Below are positions 12,215-21,831 of a DNA stretch of 41,771 nucleotides, piece by piece. The DNA comes from Candidatus Moanibacter sp. (lineage in GTDB: Bacteria; Verrucomicrobiota; Verrucomicrobiia; Opitutales; UBA2987), in NCBI GenBank assembly GCA_965215885.1, contig CBDCEW010000073.1, forward strand, positions 1-41,771, read 5' to 3'. A program made the position numbers and the translations under genes. How positions within the stretch are numbered: position 1 is the stretch's first letter; each line of letters opens with the position of its first letter. Under the pieces are notes generated by a model. That model was given only the letters and a program-made list of their open reading frames with translations, made no database searches and was not told the origin of the DNA.

Positions 12215-13123
12215 ATGGTAAACGAGAAGCCTCACCACGAGGATCATAGCGCCGAGCGAGAAGAGGAGAGTTCCGATACCGGAGAGATGAATTTCCTTGA
12301 GCATCTGGAGGAGCTGAGGCGAACAATCCTATACTGTATTATCACGCTGGTCGTGGCGTGTGGTCTCGTATTAGGGTTCATCAAGGTGTTTGCCGGTATT
12401 CTCAACTGGCCGCTGCAGTTTGCCCTCGGCGATGAGGTCGAGATTGTGCAGTTGAACTCTTTTTCCGCAGAGGGAGAGGTGCAGGCTCATTCCGGAACGA
12501 CCATCGAGGATACCTCAGAGGCGGGAAGGCGTCGATTCGGACTCATTACGACAAGCCCGATGGCCGTTTTTTCGGTAATCTTACAGGTAAGTTTTCTTGG
12601 GGGAGTCGCCTTGGCGATGCCGTTTATTCTCTACTTTGTGGCCAGATTTGTTGCCCCAGGATTAACGAAAACTGAACTCTCCGTGCTGAGACCCGGATGC
12701 GCTGCTGCATTTGCCCTGTTCTTGAGCGGATCTGCGTTCAGCTATGCCATTCTTGTTCCCGCTTCCTTGAAGGCTTCGATATTCTTTAATGAACTTTTCG
12801 GATTTCAAGTACTCTGGTCGGCGGATCGGTATTATGGGCTGCTCGTCTGGATGACGGTCGGAATTGGGATCAGTTTTGAGTTTCCCCTGCTTCTTGTGAT
12901 CCTCGTCTATATTGGGATTATAAATGTTGCCAAATTGAAACACTTTCGCCCCTACAGTGTGGTGGCGTTTCTAATTGTCGCAGCCGTCGTAACCCCAACT
13001 ACGGATCCGTTTACTTTCCTGCTTTTGGCGGTGCCAATGAGCCTACTCTACGAGGCTTCTATCTTGATTTCCCAACGGGTGGAAAAGGTGAGAAACAGTG
13101 GCGATGAAGAAGAGGGAGTTTAA
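12215..13123 (+). CDS. tatC: Twin-arginine translocase subunit TatC
   Basis: MNFLEHLEELR, FVAPGL, FEFP, AAVVTPTTDP, LYE; about six hydrophobic segments. Confidence 0.94.
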   Translation: MVNEKPHHEDHSAEREEESSDTGEMNFLEHLEELRRTILYCIITLVVACGLVLGFIKVFAGILNWPLQFALGDEVEIVQLNSFSAEGEVQAHSGTTIEDTSEAGRRRFGLITTSPMAVFSVILQVSFLGGVALAMPFILYFVARFVAPGLTKTELSVLRPGCAAAFALFLSGSAFSYAILVPASLKASIFFNELFGFQVLWSADRYYGLLVWMTVGIGISFEFPLLLVILVYIGIINVAKLKHFRPYSVVAFLIVAAVVTPTTDPFTFLLLAVPMSLLYEASILISQRVEKVRNSGDEEEGV

Positions 13124-13133
13124 GTAAGTTTGG

Positions 13134-14099
13134 TCAATCGCTGCTGATCATCCAAACTCCGTATTCACCGTAGGATTTTATGCGCACACGTGTGTCCCTT
13201 TTCTCAAATTCTCTGCTTATGCTCGGTACGGATTTATCGATATAAACCCTCCCGCCGGGACAGACGCCGCACAAGCGGCTGGCAATGTTTATGGGCCGGC
13301 CGATATAATCGTTGTCTATGGTGAGCCTACTGGCGAGGCCAAAGGAAATACCAACGCCGATGTCTTCCGGAGCGCCATGACTAAAGTGAGGATTTCGCCT
13401 GACAGTCTGCCATTTGCTATTAAGCGAGATCATTCCTTCGACACAGACATCGATGGCGACCTGCCGATCCTCCGGACTCGTTTCCCATATCGCCAATACA
13501 CCGTCGCCGGCAAACTTAATCAATTCTGGAGGAAACTTGAAAACAGAGTTTCCTACCATGTGGTAAAATGAACTCATGAGACCGCAGGTGTAAGGCGACT
13601 CGATATTCGGTTGCTCGCAGAAGGTGGAGAATCCGCGCATATCGATTACGGAAGAAAGCACTTCACAAGGCTTACCAAACTCAATATTGAATGGGTGTGT
13701 ATCCGCCGCGCTATAATTCGAGTATATCTGATCTTCAAACTTGAAGAGGGCGAGCTTTGACATCGAGTCGGTAGAGAAAGAGAGACCCGCTTTGTGGGAA
13801 TCGAAAGCTTCTGGGCGGTAAACCAGTTCCGTCGAGTTATTCTCGCCGTGCGGTTGACCTGCTCCTTTGGAGAAGCGCGCTATGTATTTTCGTATTCTCT
13901 CACCGGACTGGTTTATTTTTGAAAGGACGACGCCAATGTCAGCCTCTTCCTGGACGATGTGATCCTCGCGGGTGTCGAGGGTATAAGAGATGTGCCCGTA
14001 CTCGGGCCGCACTTTTTGGTAATGGCTACAAATATCCCCAAAATCCCGAAAATCCAGCTCCGGAACCTTGTAAAGGCGCTTTATAGCTGTCAGTGACAT
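13134..14099 (-). CDS. Class III adenylate/guanylate cyclase domain protein with unrecognised N-terminal domain
   Basis: IDMRGFS (first metal Asp), KFAGDG (second Asp), VGISFG, DYIGRPINIASRL. Confidence 0.85.
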   Translation of the reverse strand: MSLTAIKRLYKVPELDFRDFGDICSHYQKVRPEYGHISYTLDTREDHIVQEEADIGVVLSKINQSGERIRKYIARFSKGAGQPHGENNSTELVYRPEAFDSHKAGLSFSTDSMSKLALFKFEDQIYSNYSAADTHPFNIEFGKPCEVLSSVIDMRGFSTFCEQPNIESPYTCGLMSSFYHMVGNSVFKFPPELIKFAGDGVLAIWETSPEDRQVAIDVCVEGMISLNSKWQTVRRNPHFSHGAPEDIGVGISFGLASRLTIDNDYIGRPINIASRLCGVCPGGRVYIDKSVPSISREFEKRDTRVRIKSYGEYGVWMISSD

Positions 14100-14230
14100 A
14101 AAAAGCTCCGAGAAACTCGAAGCCAACCCCCAAAAGATCAAGAGATACCAATCTCAATTTTGAAGCAATATATTGCCGGACTAAATTCCACAAGCAAAAA
14201 GTAGGGAATTTCGCCGGTCTTCCCAGTGAT

Positions 14231-14470
14231 CTACTCTCTTTCTTTCCGTCTCTCGTCTACCAGCACGACCCGGAACATCGAAATTGCGAGCCAGAAGATC
14301 CCGGTCATGCAGCCCGCCGTCGAGACCGCGAAGAAAGTTACAAAAGGCTCTTGGTAAGAGGGCACGTAATCTCTGAGAGCCACCGCGAAAAAGGCAAACC
14401 AGAGACCGGATAAGACGAGATCGACGAGCGCACCCTTCCTCGAGATCAGTTTATTTTCTCCTTCTGGCAT
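14231..14470 (-). CDS. Small hypothetical membrane protein (2 TM)
   Basis: Two hydrophobic helices and a charged C-terminal tail; same strand as the cyclase. Confidence 0.6.
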   Translation of the reverse strand: MPEGENKLISRKGALVDLVLSGLWFAFFAVALRDYVPSYQEPFVTFFAVSTAGCMTGIFWLAISMFRVVLVDERRKERE

Positions 14471-14568
14471 CACTTTCAAAAGCAAATAAGATCGTTGGGG
14501 TTTGTCGAGAATAATCAGCGACCTCGTCCTGGCATGCCGGGACGGGGAATTAGCAAGTTAAAACCCGG

Positions 14569-15887
14569 CAGTACTGTCCGGTTATAAGTCAAACAACTCC
14601 AACTGTTTAGGAATGCGGTGTTCATTGAAAGTGTAATCGGTTTCTGTAAGTAGTTCAGTCATAGGAGTTTTCTCAAATAGGGTGAAGCTGAGAATCTGTA
14701 GGATTTTGTGCAAACTGATCTCCAGGCGAAGGCGTTTGCGGATGATGGCGATGAGCACATAGACGCTGACGGCAATCCAGATTTGAGTCTTCACAGCATT
14801 CTCGGAGGTGCCGAAAAAGCTCTTGCTGCGCAAGTGCTGTTTGATCCATTTGAAGAACAATTCGATCTGCCAGCGTAAACGGTAAATCTGGGTGATGATT
14901 ATGGCTGGGAGGGCAAACTGGTTGGTGAGAAACACGAAGCGCTCGGAACTGTCGGGGTCGAGGTAAGTGATACACCGGAGTCTTTCGGGGTAGGCCTTGG
15001 CAGGATAGAAGCTGACCAGGGCAACGGTCTGGTCCGAACGCAGACCGGTTGATTTGTCGACCTTTTGAGAGTAGAGGCGGCGAAACTGAAAGCCGCGGCG
15101 GGCGCGTGTGACGAAGAAAGAACCGCATTGTGCGATCCGATAGAGGCGCTCGTAATGCAGATAGGCTCGGTCCATTACATAGTAAGCACCGGCCTCGGGG
15201 ATGATGAGATCCAGAATGTTTACGTCGTGAACTTTTCCATCGGTAATCTCGATAAAATAAGGGATAGAGCCTCTGAGATCGAGAAGCGTATGGACCTTCA
15301 CCGCCCCCTTGTGCTTGCGGAAACGTGCCCACGGGAAGAGTGATAGACATAGATCGATCGTGGTGGAGTCCAGAGCGTAGAGCGTATTGTCCAGGTCGAT
15401 GCCCAGATCCTCGTTTGAATACAAAGGACGAGCCATTGCGATGAGGACCTGTGCAAAGTCGGCGTAGATGCGCCAGTCTCGTTTCTCGTTGGCATCGGCG
15501 AGCGTGCTTTTGGATACTCCGCTTCGAATCCCTGCGTGGTATAGTTTTGGTTGTACTGCCCGCAGGCAGGTTTCGATGTCGCGCAGACTCTCCCGGTAGG
15601 TCAACTCGGCAAAACCCATGCAGAGAAATTGTTCGAAGCAACTGAACTTTTGAACTTTGTAGTCGCCTCCGTAGCGTTGGACGCAACGATGGAACTGATG
15701 GCGCGGAAGATAATCTATGATTTGAGAAAAAACGAATCGACCTGTATACATGATTTGGACCCTCGAAATTTTTGAGAGTCCACAAGGCTTTTTGCAATTT
15801 CAAGTCGAAAACAGCAGAAATCATATGTAAAATGTTGGTTATCAATCGATTAACCTGCGTTCCTAGAAAAACAACCGGACAGTAGTG
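14569..15887 (-). mobile_element. IS4-family insertion sequence, intact, 9-bp target duplication
   Basis: Terminal IRs CAGTACTGTCCGGTT / AACCGGACAGTAGTG. Direct repeat AAAACCCGG at 14560-14568 and 15888-15896. Confidence 0.93.
14582..15751 (-). CDS. IS4-family DDE transposase
   Basis: ALDSTTI, VMDRAY, and YRLRWQIELFFKWIK (Y-R-E-K signature). Confidence 0.94.
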   Translation of the reverse strand: MYTGRFVFSQIIDYLPRHQFHRCVQRYGGDYKVQKFSCFEQFLCMGFAELTYRESLRDIETCLRAVQPKLYHAGIRSGVSKSTLADANEKRDWRIYADFAQVLIAMARPLYSNEDLGIDLDNTLYALDSTTIDLCLSLFPWARFRKHKGAVKVHTLLDLRGSIPYFIEITDGKVHDVNILDLIIPEAGAYYVMDRAYLHYERLYRIAQCGSFFVTRARRGFQFRRLYSQKVDKSTGLRSDQTVALVSFYPAKAYPERLRCITYLDPDSSERFVFLTNQFALPAIIITQIYRLRWQIELFFKWIKQHLRSKSFFGTSENAVKTQIWIAVSVYVLIAIIRKRLRLEISLHKILQILSFTLFEKTPMTELLTETDYTFNEHRIPKQLELFDL

Positions 15888-16035
15888 AAAACCCGGTTGT
15901 AATGAATTGAGTGTTGGCACGACAGAAATATATGTTTGTGTATCGCGAAACCGTCCTGATAATTTCCCCGGCGCTGCGAGCTGCACGCTCTAGAGAACTC
16001 ACCCTAAGAAAGTCGCAACTGAAACCCCTGATAAA

Positions 16036-16393
16036 ATGAATCACATGAGAAGCTTCAAACATGCCGGTTGGCATATCCTACTGACCTTTACGCTACTGAT
16101 CTGTATTCCCATCGGATCGGTCTTTGGATTCCGGCCAATCAGTGCGTCGAAAGAAAACGTGGCTTTGAACGGATATGACACGGTGGCGTATTTCAATGAG
16201 GGAAAAGCGGTTCTGGGGAGCGCCTTGTACAGAATAATGTGGAAGGGAGCATACTGGCACTTTTCGACGAAGACGAATATGGGTCTGTTTGAGAACGATC
16301 CCGAGACATACTCGCCGGAATACGGTGGCTATTGTGCCTATGGAATTGGGCACGGAGTAGCGGCGAGCTGTGATCCGGAAGCTTTTCTGATCA
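16036..16393 (+). pseudogene. YHS-domain exported protein truncated by IS
   Basis: Signal peptide, NGYDTVAYF, WHFS, PEYGGYCAYG, DPEAFLI, then runs into the IS end. The expected C-terminal part was not found after the IS. Confidence 0.85.
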
Positions 16394-18311
16394 GACCTTA
16401 TCCGAAAAGCTACTGATTGGCCGCAAAGAGGCGCAAAAGGCGCAAGAAAAACTTGAGAAAAATCATTTTTTGGCTTGATAAAAAGTGTCGCAACATACTA
16501 GTGTTTAACAACCTAAGATTAAGAAAGGAGTTAAACATGCCAACATGTGCGACAGAGGAGAACAAAAGCGATAAGACGCCCCTTAGCAACCTCATTCTGC
16601 CGGTTCCAGACACGGAGTTTCGTGATTTTCTGGATGAAGTTGAAGAATTGGCCGGGTTCGCGCCGCAAATCATCGAGGCGATCGAGAAGGATCTGGACGC
16701 CCATGCGCGTGAGAATGAAGAAACTTCGATTGGAAGATCGCAGGTTCTTTGAAGGGCGCACAGCGGAGCTGCCGGAGCTGGACATCGAGGAGGAGAATAT
16801 TCTGGCTGCTGAATTGAATCTTGGGGCAGGCCGGCCGCGGATGCCGGCTTATGCGGTATACGTGTTCGTGATGATTCGAGGGTTTCTGGGTTCGTTGACC
16901 ACGAAACCGGCACGGCGGTTTGTGCGCGAGTCGATGAGCTTGTACGGATTTTTGCAGAGCGGGGGACTGAGAATGCCGGCGGTGACGACGATTCTGGAGA
17001 ACGTGAACCTGGTCAGCCATACGACCCGCGAGTTGATCTTTGATAAACAGATTGGGTTTATCCTCCAGGAGCAATGGGACGATTTCGGGAAGCTGACGAT
17101 CGACAGCACCTCGGTGAAAGCAAACAGCTGCTGGCCCACCGATGGGAAGATTCTGAGCGGTCTTTTGATGCGGGCCAATCGTTTGGGTCAGAAGTTGCAT
17201 GTCTTCGGGCTGGAGGATTTTCGCAAGGGATGGGTTGGGCGTTGGCTGGAGGAAATGGACAAGCTGGAGTTTCAGATTTGTCTGGCCGCGGGCAAACCGA
17301 AGTCGAAGGGCAAGCTGAAGAAACACTACCGGCGGTTGCTCAAGCGGGGCCGCAAGGCGGCCGACTCACTAACGGGGGAACTGAGCCATCTTGAAGAGGG
17401 CCTGTCGATGGATTCACTGCCTCCCACTCGCCGGGAGCTTCTGGAGCGGGCATTGAGCCAGATCAGGGGCGATATTGCCGACGCCAAGCGGGTTGTTGAG
17501 TATGCTCATGATCGGGTGTTTCACGAAAAGAAGCTACCGTCCACACAGAAGGTCCTGAGCCTCTCGGACGGATCGGCGGCCTACATCAAGAAGGGCAGCC
17601 GCAATCCAGTGATCGGGTACAAGCCACAACTGGTTCGCAGCGAAAACGGTTTTGTCACCAGCCTGATCGTACCGCAAGGCAACGCGGCAGACTCCATTGA
17701 GCTGGCGCCGGCCATCGGCGATTCGATCAAGCGCACCGGTGTCATTGCTGAACTGGTCAGCACCGATGACGGATATGCTTCGGCGAAGGGACGCAAGGAG
17801 GTGCTGAGCATGGGGGTAAAGCAGATCAGTATCAGTGGGGCGAAGGGCAAGAAGTTGACCACCCCCGAGGACTGGGAGAGCGAGGCGTATCGCGAGGCAC
17901 GCCGCGATCGCTCCGCAGTGGAGTCGCTGATGTTCACGATTAAAGATGGATTTGCCTTTGGCGAACTCGGCCGCCGCGGCATCGATGCGGTAGGCGATGA
18001 ACTGCTCGAGAAGGTTCTGGCCTACAACTTCTGCCGCATCATACTGATGAAGAAACGCCGAGGGGAGGAACTGGAACAGGCAGCCTGAATCTGACCGCTT
18101 TGAAGCTCAGAGAAAAAAGCACCACGGGATGAGTATGCCTCCAGACAGCGGCAAATATACGTATTGTGCAGCAAGCCACGCCGATGGCCGCTCAATACCT
18201 GCTCATCGGCAGCGCCGGCAGCCTAAAACCCGAAACCTGCCAGCCATAGGCTGGTCCGCCCGTGGCGGAGAACCTTAAACCGCCCGCTCGAAAGGCTTTT
18301 CGAATGGGGTC
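16394..18311 (+). mobile_element. IS5/ISNCY-like insertion sequence, copy 1
   Basis: IRs GACCTTATCCGAAAAGC / GCTTTTCGAATGGGGTC. Near-identical to 31371-33287. Flanks TGATCA and TAGATA do not match each other. Confidence 0.9.
16537..18088 (+). pseudogene. DDE transposase frameshifted by a 1-bp insertion at ~16716
   Basis: gagaaTgaagaaac here versus gagaagaagaaac in the intact copy. Confidence 0.85.
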
Positions 18312-18363
18312 TAGATATATTGCTCCCTTATTTCCCTTTTTTCTTCAAAAGCAAGTATTTAGC

Positions 18364-18394
18364 TTGACTGTGATCTAGTTATGTAACTAGATCA
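18364..18394 (+). promoter_or_regulatory. -35-like TTGACT followed by a perfect 11-bp palindrome (candidate operator)
   Basis: TGATCTAGTTA-TG-TAACTAGATCA at 18371-18394, ending 6 nt before the ATG at 18401. Confidence 0.6.
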
Positions 18395-18400
18395 TGGCCC

Positions 18401-18610
18401 ATGGGATTCCCAACTAAAGTTCAACTCATCAGGCGCAAGCGTAGCGAACAGTGGTATATCAATCTGCCTTCGGCGGTAGCTCAGGCGATGGAGTTTGGCA
18501 AAGGAGAGATGGTGGAGTGGATTATTGCCGACAAAGGCCATATGATCCTGGCCCGATCCAATGCCCCTCCCAATCCGGTGGGTGTAAAAAAAACGGCTCC
18601 TCACTTCTAG
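18401..18610 (+). CDS. Small AbrB/MazE-like DNA-binding ORF; probable N-terminus of the transposase via -1 frameshift
   Basis: WYINLPSAVAQAMEFGKGEMVEW fits the swapped-hairpin pattern. A8 run at 18586-18593 near its end. Confidence 0.65.
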   Translation: MGFPTKVQLIRRKRSEQWYINLPSAVAQAMEFGKGEMVEWIIADKGHMILARSNAPPNPVGVKKTAPHF

Positions 18611-20019
18611 AAACCTTGGAAGGTATCATTGGATCGTGTGCCAAAGCCTGCTCCACAACAAGCTGCTTCAATCGCTTCAGAGAGCACATCTTGTGCACCC
18701 TTCTGTGCCTGGGCAGGCGTACCGTCACTGGAATCATCACGACGGGCGGACGCCAATACGAGGATTGGAGCGCACACTACAGGATGTATTCGAAGAGCAG
18801 AGTCGACCCTGATGAGTGCTTCGCGGTTATCCGTGAGAAGATCGAGCGAATGCTTCCGCCCGATAGGCCCATGGTCGTAGCACTTGACGACACCCTACGG
18901 CAAAAAAGTGGAACTCGTATCCACGGAGTGGGCTGGCGCAGAGATCCCCTCGGTCCCAAATTCCAAGTTAACCTCGTGCTCGCCCAGCGATTCATCCAAC
19001 TTTCCGCCGCCCTTGCCGCAGAGGACGGTTCGGCCCGCATGATTCCTATTGATCTGACCCATGCGCCCTCCGCGCGCAAGCCGGGGGCAAAAGCCACACA
19101 GGAGCAGGTCCAATGCTATAAAGAGAGCAAAAAGCAGCTCAAACTCAATCGACAGGCAATAGAGCGCGTTGCACTGCTCAGAGACTCTATGGAGGTCGAA
19201 CGCGAACTGATCGTCGTGGCCGACGGCAGCTATACCAATGGAGACTTCCTCAAGGCTCTGCCCGAACGCACCACCATGATCGGGCGCATCCGCAAGGACG
19301 CTACGCTTTGCAAAATGCCCGGGCAGGCGCCCAAAACCGGACGCCGACCAAGCTACGGGCCAGAGATTCCCACGCCCGAACAGATTCGCAAGGACCAGGA
19401 AGTGCCGTGGGAATATGTGGAGGCCTTCGCGGCCGGTAAGCGCCACCGCTTTAAGGTCAAGAGGGTGAAGGATCTTTTGTGGCGCAAGAGCGGAGCAAAA
19501 CGCCCTTTGCAGCTTTTGATCATTGCTCCGCTCCGATACCGGCTTCAGAAGAAGGCAAAGTTGCTCTACAGAAAGCCCGCTTACCTGATTTGCACCGATC
19601 CCCAATTAGCGCTTGAAGAGTTTCTCCAATACTATCTTTGGCGCTGGCAGATAGAGCCCAACTTCCGCGATGAGAAGACCCTCTTAGGCATGGGCGAGGC
19701 CCAGGTCAGGACCGAAGCGTCCAACAGAAACCTTCCCGCCCTCAACGTGGCAGCCTACTCGATGTTGTGGCTGGCCTCCTACCAATCCGATCCCAAGCGC
19801 CATCAACAAGGCATCTTCGAGCCGGCCAAGTGGCGCACCGATAAACGCTCCATGCAGGGCCCAACCACTTCAGACTTACTGCAGCAACTCAGATACGAGA
19901 CTTGGGCGGGCAGTCTGCGACCATCGAGTTTCTCCCACTTCGTTGATCCTAAAAGTGGTACCCACAAGTCGGAGAAACTCAGCCCCCATCTTGCCAGCTC
20001 CCTCTTTCAAGCCGCTTAA
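18586..20019 (+). CDS. IS701-like DDE transposase (entered in the -1 frame; start given at the slippery site)
   Basis: RRTVTG, VALDDT, VVADGSY, YLWRWQIEPNFRDEK. Confidence 0.85.
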   Translation, partial: KKNGSSLLETLEGIIGSCAKACSTTSCFNRFREHILCTLLCLGRRTVTGIITTGGRQYEDWSAHYRMYSKSRVDPDECFAVIREKIERMLPPDRPMVVALDDTLRQKSGTRIHGVGWRRDPLGPKFQVNLVLAQRFIQLSAALAAEDGSARMIPIDLTHAPSARKPGAKATQEQVQCYKESKKQLKLNRQAIERVALLRDSMEVERELIVVADGSYTNGDFLKALPERTTMIGRIRKDATLCKMPGQAPKTGRRPSYGPEIPTPEQIRKDQEVPWEYVEAFAAGKRHRFKVKRVKDLLWRKSGAKRPLQLLIIAPLRYRLQKKAKLLYRKPAYLICTDPQLALEEFLQYYLWRWQIEPNFRDEKTLLGMGEAQVRTEASNRNLPALNVAAYSMLWLASYQSDPKRHQQGIFEPAKWRTDKRSMQGPTTSDLLQQLRYETWAGSLRPSSFSHFVDPKSGTHKSEKLSPHLASSLFQAA

Positions 20020-20086
20020 GAATTAACTCGTAGTTGCTACGTGACTCGAAACGGGCCAAACTCCAGCGGTCTGCCGTACGGCAGAC

Positions 20087-20184
20087 CACGCAGATGGACG
20101 CGAATGCATTAGGAAACTCCTGTTTCCCTTGGGTAACCTCGTCGCGAACCTTGTCCCAAACCTTGTCGACTGCAGTTTATTGAA
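20087..20184 (+). repeat. 98-bp dispersed intergenic repeat, copy 2
   Basis: Matches 2792-2889. Preceded by the perfect palindrome GGTCTGCCGTACGGCAGACC (20068-20087). Confidence 0.9.
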
Positions 20185-20296
20185 TACCCACGTCACCTCT
20201 GTGTACCTCGGTGCTTCTCGGTGGTGCTCTGTGTCCCCTCTTCTGAATTTGTTCAGACTTCCAATTTCTTTGAGGGTGGAGGATCCGGCACCTGAG

Positions 20297-21454
20297 TTAT
20301 CGTCTCTTCAGAAAATATTCCAGATGGGGGGCGAAGAGTTCGGGTTCGAGGAGGAATGAATCATGACCTTTTTCGGAGTGGACGGTGATGTGCATGGTGC
20401 TTACCTGAGCTTTTTTAAGTATCGCGTTCAGTTTCTCCTGCTCTTCCGGGTAAAAGCAGAAGTCTGAGTCGATGCTGAAAATCAAATACTGCTGTTCCCT
20501 GCAGCCGGCAAAGAGTTCCACATAGGATTCCTTACCCATCTCGCTCAAAAGATCGAAGCGCGACCAGGCATCAACAATTCGCAGATAAGTATTGGCGTCA
20601 AAACGATCCACGAGCTTTTTCCCCTGATGCAGGAAATACGATTCAATGGGATGATTGAGGCGGTACCAGGAGAATGTCTCTTCCGGTTGCACGACTTCGT
20701 CCCGTGCTCTCTCGGGCAGAGCGTTTGTCGAAATAAAGGTCTTATGGCTTATCATACGCGCGAGGGCCAGACCATCGCTGGGAGGGGAACCGCCGTAATA
20801 CTCGCCCCCTCGAAAATTCGGATCCCTTTCGATGGCGAAAATCTGTTCGAGATTGTAGATCCTCTGAAGGGGAGTCGCTCGAATGCTGGTCGCGATCGGG
20901 ATTACGGTTTTGACCCTGTCGGGGTATCGAATGGAGAGATTCAGGCAGAGGAGCCCACCGGTCGATGCACCGCTCACGGCGTGAAGCTTCCTTATACCTA
21001 GATGGTCGAGCAATCGCAGTTGTGAATCGACAATGTCGCGAAATGCTATCTGAGGAAAGGAGGACGCGTATGGATTTCCAGTTTCGGCGGATATGGATGC
21101 GGGGCCGGTAGAGCCATAGCATCCTCCGACGTAATTTACGCAGATTACGCAGAATTTATCGGTATCGAAGGCTTTGCCCGGTCCAATAAAGCCGTCCCAC
21201 CATCCCGTCCGGCATTCTTCGGTCCACCTGTCTCCAACACCGGGCACCTTGGGGTTTATACCAGCCGCGTGATGACTCCCAGTGAGGGCGTGAAAGATAA
21301 GGATCGCGTTGTCCTTTGCCTCATTCAGTTCACCGTAGGCTTCATAGGCGAGTGTGACAGGGGAGAGGCTGCCGCCATTGTAGAGCTCAAACGGATCGCC
21401 ATCGTTAGCGAAGGTGTAAAATCTGGTCTCAACTGTGCCTAAAGCAGATTGCAT
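20297..21454 (-). CDS. metX: Homoserine O-acetyltransferase
   Basis: FHALTG, GWWDGFIGPG, GCYGSTGP, nucleophile GASTGG, RFDANTY, GHDSFL. Confidence 0.93.
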   Translation of the reverse strand: MQSALGTVETRFYTFANDGDPFELYNGGSLSPVTLAYEAYGELNEAKDNAILIFHALTGSHHAAGINPKVPGVGDRWTEECRTGWWDGFIGPGKAFDTDKFCVICVNYVGGCYGSTGPASISAETGNPYASSFPQIAFRDIVDSQLRLLDHLGIRKLHAVSGASTGGLLCLNLSIRYPDRVKTVIPIATSIRATPLQRIYNLEQIFAIERDPNFRGGEYYGGSPPSDGLALARMISHKTFISTNALPERARDEVVQPEETFSWYRLNHPIESYFLHQGKKLVDRFDANTYLRIVDAWSRFDLLSEMGKESYVELFAGCREQQYLIFSIDSDFCFYPEEQEKLNAILKKAQVSTMHITVHSEKGHDSFLLEPELFAPHLEYFLKRR

Positions 21455-21777
21455 CGCTCAGGGTATACGCCGTTTCCCAATTTTTGTTTGGAAAGTTCAA
21501 TTTACATGAAAGTTCGCGGGTGAGGTTTTCAGTCCTTTCGAGGGCGAAGATTGTCGATCCAGAAGTTCCTTTTTGGCAAATCATATATCGTTCTCGTTCT
21601 CGAAATTTCGCGGGGACGATTATCCCGCTGAGCGGGAAGCACGAATTGTAGGAGCCTGCCATACGGCAGACCGAAGCAATCCAAAGTCACAAATGCTCGA
21701 CGGAAAATAGTCCTTTAGATCGGTATATTCCTCCCGTGGAGGCCGGATTTACGAAAATACTTGCTGGCGGTAGGGCG

Positions 21778-21811
21778 GGAAACGCAGCCCTGTGAGGTGG
21801 CCTGCGTTTCC
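21778..21811 (-). terminator. GC-rich hairpin 20 bp downstream of metY (terminator or mRNA stabiliser)
   Basis: GGAAACGCAG...CTGCGTTTCC 10-bp stem; no clear U tract. Confidence 0.4.
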
Positions 21812-21831
21812 GAATATGCCTTCAGTTTGCC

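Larger units (their letters stand above)
18312..20066 (+). mobile_element. IS701/IS4-superfamily element, left end apparently missing
   Basis: Two-ORF transposase module. Putative right end ...CCAAACTCCAG at 20056-20066; no matching CTGGAGTTTGG-like sequence upstream of the ORFs. Confidence 0.65.

Noticed and set aside
14673..15986. 437-aa ORF overlapping the IS4 transposase on the same strand
   Set aside because: Alternative-frame shadow, Arg/Ser/Pro-rich with no motif, and it crosses the IS boundary.
16036..16393. Selenocysteine in the YHS protein
   Set aside because: The GGYC position is a normal TGT codon and there is no in-frame TGA.
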